From a virus: a stretch of 64,000 bases of DNA. How positions within the stretch are numbered: position 1 is the first letter of the stretch; each line of letters starts with the position of its first letter. Below are positions 59,493 through 64,000 of this stretch, in pieces. The translations under genes were made by a program, and so were the position numbers. The notes under the pieces are model-generated. The model was not told the DNA's origin and made no database searches. It saw only the letters and a program-made list of their open reading frames with translations. The stretch lies in IMG/VR virus record IMGVR_UViG_3300009788_000007, positions 1-64,000 of that record. One strand, written 5' to 3'.

Positions 59493-60986
59493 CTAAATAT
59501 CAGTAATCGCAATACCACCTTCTTCAATTGGGAATTTATTGACCACATAGTACCCTACTGCATCGGAAATGTGGGTTAAATGCTTTTCTGACTTTTTATC
59601 AATCTCGCCGCTGCCGCCCTCGACCACAGAAACACCTTCAAAATCTTTTACCACATGTGGTGCGTTATCGGGGTCAACTAAAAACCTTATCTGGCCGTCC
59701 ATAGTTTGTATACGTGAATTCATAGCATTAACACGCACACGCTCTGGTCCGTTTTTATTTGCAACTCTATATTTTAATCGAGTGCCAAACACAGGTTTTA
59801 ATTTCTTGCGTATCAAATCCCAGTCAGACCCGGCTACCTTTGCGCTGCCCTGATTACCCCCTGTAGAATCACCATATAAATATACATCACCTGTATGGTG
59901 TTTCCAGTCTTTGATTATTCGGTCACAGACTATCAATGTATTTGAATGCCTGGGAATATAAACTTCACCTATTACTGCAGTGAATCGTCGGGACACCTTT
60001 GGGTTTTTGCCTTTATACAATTGCTCCTGCATAACTGCACAAACACCTGGAGCGATATTAAAATCAAAGGCTAAGATAATATCTTTGTCTGGGTCGTAAT
60101 CTAAAGATTCAACGGCGTGCACCTCTGAATCAAAATCATAATAGGCCCTGCCCTGGAAATTAATAAAGAGCCCCAGGACCTCCTGCCGATATGACAGCTC
60201 ATCCATGTCAGCTTTCATGGCTTCAATTTCACTCGGGTCTAAAATGTCTTCAGCTGACCAATGGAAGTACCCCCAATTTTTATTACGCTTACCTTTGGCC
60301 TTCATTGCCAAATCGTAGTAATGGTTGCGCCCTTCAGGTACACCGATAAACCAAGCGAACCCAGGGCGGCCTATGGTGGCCAAAGCTGGACGGATATGGT
60401 CTATCCATGCAGTCTTTTTCATGTTGCCGAACTCGTCAAGTATGATGCCATCCAGAGGTGAGCCCTCAATACGCTCCGGTTTGTCCATCCCCATCACCTG
60501 GATTTTAGGACCATGTACCAATGTAATTGTCAAGTCAGATTCTGATATTTTGTCAACACAGGATTTAGGCACCAGCTGTTTCAGGTCTTCCCAGTAGATT
60601 TGCTTAGCCTGGGCTCTGGTGGGCGCTGCAGCCACAAACCACCCGTTAGCGTGCATACAACGCAAGGCTTTGATAATAAGTGCCCTTTTGCAGTATTCCG
60701 TCTTACCAGAGCGCCTGCCGGACGGTACAACGACAAAACGCTTTATTCCCGACACGATGGTGTGGTACAGCGCTAAACGTTCCTTGTGTGGCCTGAGAGG
60801 GTACCAGCGATGCCCCAGGGTGGTGTTTACGGCCTGCTGTATGGCGTCATCGGCTTCCTTGAGGGATGCAGCCTTGATCTCATTCTCACCAATAGGGTCT
60901 TTTTTGGCTTTTTTTGGGTGTTTTAAGGCCTTCTGCCCTTTGACCAAGCGCACCGATTTCTTCAAATTTACTGATTTTGTGGTCAT
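59493..60986 (-). CDS. terL: terminase large subunit
   Basis: Walker A GRRSGKT, APTRAQAK, Walker B IILDEF, IGVPEG, nuclease FDFN, YGDSTG and HISDAVGY. Confidence 0.95.
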   Translation of the reverse strand: MTTKSVNLKKSVRLVKGQKALKHPKKAKKDPIGENEIKAASLKEADDAIQQAVNTTLGHRWYPLRPHKERLALYHTIVSGIKRFVVVPSGRRSGKTEYCKRALIIKALRCMHANGWFVAAAPTRAQAKQIYWEDLKQLVPKSCVDKISESDLTITLVHGPKIQVMGMDKPERIEGSPLDGIILDEFGNMKKTAWIDHIRPALATIGRPGFAWFIGVPEGRNHYYDLAMKAKGKRNKNWGYFHWSAEDILDPSEIEAMKADMDELSYRQEVLGLFINFQGRAYYDFDSEVHAVESLDYDPDKDIILAFDFNIAPGVCAVMQEQLYKGKNPKVSRRFTAVIGEVYIPRHSNTLIVCDRIIKDWKHHTGDVYLYGDSTGGNQGSAKVAGSDWDLIRKKLKPVFGTRLKYRVANKNGPERVRVNAMNSRIQTMDGQIRFLVDPDNAPHVVKDFEGVSVVEGGSGEIDKKSEKHLTHISDAVGYYVVNKFPIEEGGIAITDI

Positions 60987-61336
60987 ACGTACTTAATTAT
61001 AACAACAGCTTTGCAAGATTCCTTGAACAAATCTATAGTGTGCCGGGTGCCGGGGGATTGGCCATCCCAGAAAGCTATGCATTCATCAGCGCGTTCTTCG
61101 ATCTCAGCATTACGGATAAAGCCTGCATCCTTGCCGTACAGGTCCCAGTCAGCCTTTAATTTTTCGTAGGGTATGTGCCAAACTTTTTTAGCCAGCTTCA
61201 CTGCGCAATCATCAGCCCCTTTGGCATCTCCGGTAATAATTTTAATACAGTCCAAATCGTAACGTTGCTTAATCTCATTAATCATAAATCTAGGTCGACA
61301 AAAATCACGACCACCAACTACTGCAAGGTTAAGCAC
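60983..61336 (-). CDS. YspA/SLOG family (DUF2493-like) protein
   Basis: LAVVGGRDF...IITGDAKGAD...ADW..YGK.AG.IRN..I...AD..IAFWDGQS.GT...I. Confidence 0.85.
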   Translation of the reverse strand: MLNLAVVGGRDFCRPRFMINEIKQRYDLDCIKIITGDAKGADDCAVKLAKKVWHIPYEKLKADWDLYGKDAGFIRNAEIEERADECIAFWDGQSPGTRHTIDLFKESCKAVVIIKYV

Positions 61337-61453
61337 CTCGTATTACCAAGCTCATAAGCATTACTATTGCAGAACCAACAAACACAATATTACCCTGTAT
61401 TGAGCCTACCAATAAAAATAATACTGCAATAATAAACCGTATAGGGTGCTTAT

Positions 61454-61826
61454 TCATTTTCTCTTCTTACTCTTCTTACGCTTTTTAGATTTTCTAGCCT
61501 GCTTAAGTTCTGCAGTACACGTGGTGCAGCGCTTTTTGTTGTCTACCCAAAACTGCTTAGGTGTTCTTAAGCCGCATTCTACACAAAGGCATTCAGGGTC
61601 ATGTGGCCTGAAGCCGCTTTCGTTAGTTGTACTCATAGTGTCCCATTCTACTAAATTCTAAAAAAGTATTATCGTGCACGGTAAAAGTTTTACAGTGTAA
61701 GTTACCAACCTCATCTATTTTTATAAATCCAATTTTACCAGTTCGTCTTTTAGTTTCTTTTTCTGCAAATAACTCTTGGTAAATATCTTCACTGTATTTT
61801 AAATCAGTCTCATCTGTTATTGTCAT
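61454..61826 (-). CDS. two small hypothetical proteins (61454-61636 Cys-rich/basic; 61623-61826)
   Basis: Overlapping minus-strand ORFs. Confidence 0.55.
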
Positions 61827-61967
61827 TTGTATGTGCTTTCTAAATGGTGGTAGTGTCAGTTTGCATTAGCATTTCCCCACTGCGGGTAATAAATGAGGTG
61901 GTAAAATGATTAAACAAAACCCACCCTCTAAGCCATGGCCCCATACCAAAGGCCACACTACCATATG

Positions 61968-62411
61968 TTATTTTTTCTTTTTAACTTTCTTTTCTTTCTT
62001 TTTAGGCTTAGGTTTTACTAATGGTATGCCTAAGCTCTTTAGCATAAATTCTAATTGTTTAACAGTCTTTTCACAACAGGCCCCAAACACTACATCCATT
62101 GCCATAAATTCTGGCTTAGTCATGAGCAGGCTAGCAGCCTTTCTGTATGTTTCAAATTCTGCATGTACTACGTGCAGCATTTCATGACGTATTGTGCGCA
62201 CTAAAATTTCTTCGTTTTCATGTAGTTCAAAGTTAATTTTTATAGTTGCAGTATTGTAGTCTGGATCAGGCCAACACTTACCATAAAAACTATCTTCAGC
62301 GTCGTCTATCCATCCGTATTGAAAGTTAAATATCCAATGGGGTAAATTTAAAAGCTTTTGATAACGTGGGACTTCTCGTTTAGCTATTTTTATTACTTCT
62401 GGTTTATCCAT
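61968..62411 (-). CDS. putative zincin-like metallopeptidase
   Basis: TIRHEMLH (HExxH) preceded by a ATIKIN strand. Confidence 0.6.
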   Translation of the reverse strand: MDKPEVIKIAKREVPRYQKLLNLPHWIFNFQYGWIDDAEDSFYGKCWPDPDYNTATIKINFELHENEEILVRTIRHEMLHVVHAEFETYRKAASLLMTKPEFMAMDVVFGACCEKTVKQLEFMLKSLGIPLVKPKPKKKEKKVKKKK

Positions 62412-63535
62412 TAAAATAACCTTTTTATAATTTCTAATTCCTGGTCTTCATTACACACACCGCTATCACCATCAGCCCAAAATATAACACAGTCACCCGA
62501 ACCATAAGGCCCACCTATACCTTCTCCCAGTTTAATAGCGATGCCCTCGATATCCATACTAATAATACGCACTAGGTACGCAGGCTGCAGGCAATCATCA
62601 ATAGCTTTTAAATGCTTCTCAAAATCTTCCCATCTCATTTATTCAATCTCCAGCTCTGGGCATTTGTGGTTTTGTAGCTTATCGTGGTCTTTAAATTTTT
62701 TATCACACAACATACATTTAAGTTCATTCACCCATTTATCTAAAGGGGCTGCATTTTTTAAATGGTAAGGGCTTTCTGTGCTGTACAAATCACTAGGGCC
62801 AATCATGGGCTGCACTAACGCTTTAGTTTTTTTGGCGATATTTGCCAACACTGGATTCATCAACGGGTGCTTTAATGGTAGTGCGCAGCCAGGGCTGCCA
62901 GCTTCCCCCATAATAACAGGGCCTTTAAGTTTAACAATACCACCACTAGCTAATCTACTTTTGCAGTTTTTTGTATGGCCAAATTTTAAAAAATCTGCAG
63001 GCTCTAATTCTGCAACAGCATCAGCACCACAGTCACAATTTTTAAGGCTGTCTAATATTTTTTGTCTAAACCCAGGCATATGGGGTGCTTTGGCTACGGC
63101 TTCTTCCATAACTTTTTTACCTGCATTTTTAAGCATAACCTCTTGTATATTACAGGCACATACAATCTGGTCATCTACCTTAAGTTCATAATCTTTTTTA
63201 CATGTTGGGCAGATATCCCCAGGGCGCTTTATTTCACCACTGCGTAATTTAGCATAATACTCATCTGTTAGCTTTTGGGCAATACTTGTATTCGTTGCAG
63301 GTGCTGTTGGCATGTTGGCCATAGATCTAATAGGGTCTTCAGTATGTACTATTTTTATAGGCCCTACCATTTCAAAATATCGTGACCACCTATCAGGGTA
63401 ATGGTACTCTGTAGTCCTGAATAAATCAGCTATGGCTAGTTCTGCTGTGTCCCCTGATCCTACATGCCGTAATAAATGTACTTCTGGAAAGCTTGCCCTA
63501 AAATGGTCAGTATGTTCTGTTATATTAATTTTCAT
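62411..63535 (-). CDS. hypothetical proteins (62411-62638; 62639-63535 with Cys motifs and C-terminal C2H2-like finger)
   Basis: Coupled ORFs; N-terminal HicB-like segment (FRASFPE...VGSGDTAELAI.DL); CxxC motifs. Confidence 0.6.
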
Positions 63536-64000
63536 TTTTACCTTTATTGTAGTAGGGCTCCATTACTTTAATAGTTTCTTCATAAAGTTTAAGTATCTCA
63601 CATTGCTTTTCTATAATTTTATCTTTCATCTCGGTCTGTTCTGTGTGACACTTAATTAATAAATCTTTTATTTCTTCTATTTTATCTATTTTATCCATCT
63701 TCTTCCATTTCCTTTAAATGTTTCTCTACCCACTCCATCAATGCAGGGCTTTCATAATAAACTTCCATAGTGCCAGTTATAGTAATACTCCCAGATAAGC
63801 CTTTTGGTTTTTCCTCTGGTTTTGGTATGGGCATAATCATCAATCAAATGGGTGGTTTATTTTACAGCTATCACACAGCCCATTATTCCTATAATCTGTT
63901 TCTTCAGTTATTGGTGTAAAACAATCATCGCAACACCGCGACATCATTAGTATGTTTGTGCCTACTGTAATAACTCTACCATCAGATTTAACATAACCTA

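Noticed and set aside
1-64000. Genome-wide stop codon reassignment (TGA to Trp or similar)
   Set aside because: TGA terminates several clear genes (e.g. at 9573, 13743, 19641), often in ATGA overlaps; only one internal TGA was found.

Overview
This 64-kb window is most or all of the genome of an AT-rich tailed dsDNA phage with siphovirus architecture. From left to right: small minus-strand genes including a RuvC-like resolvase (1-5.5 kb); an AT-rich divergence region with iteron-like repeats, a candidate origin (5.5-6.1 kb); a plus-strand replication arm (6-26 kb) with SNF2-like helicase, PD-(D/E)XK exonuclease, Sak4-like ATPase, DUF669-like SSB, TOPRIM-MCM primase-helicase, HNH endonuclease and family A DNA polymerase; and a minus-strand morphogenesis arm (26-61 kb) with TerL, portal, gpF/gp7-like head protein, scaffold, P22-type coat, neck, tail tube, frameshifted chaperone, tape measure and GTA-like tail tip. 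No integrase, repressor, endolysin, small terminase or CRISPR array was recognisable. The best candidate for an undescribed system is a 344-aa Ala1 intein in the head morphogenesis gene. Its endonuclease is a separate HTH + Vsr/DUF559-like gene on the opposite strand, in exact codon register, and its codon usage avoids every codon that would put a stop in the intein frame. Other notable items: four sigma70 promoters each overlapped by a LexA-type CTG-N10-CAG box, an array of tRNA-like structured RNAs downstream of terL, an in-frame TGA in the polymerase exonuclease domain, and nested domain insertions in the tail tube protein. All family assignments come from motif recognition by eye; no searches were run.
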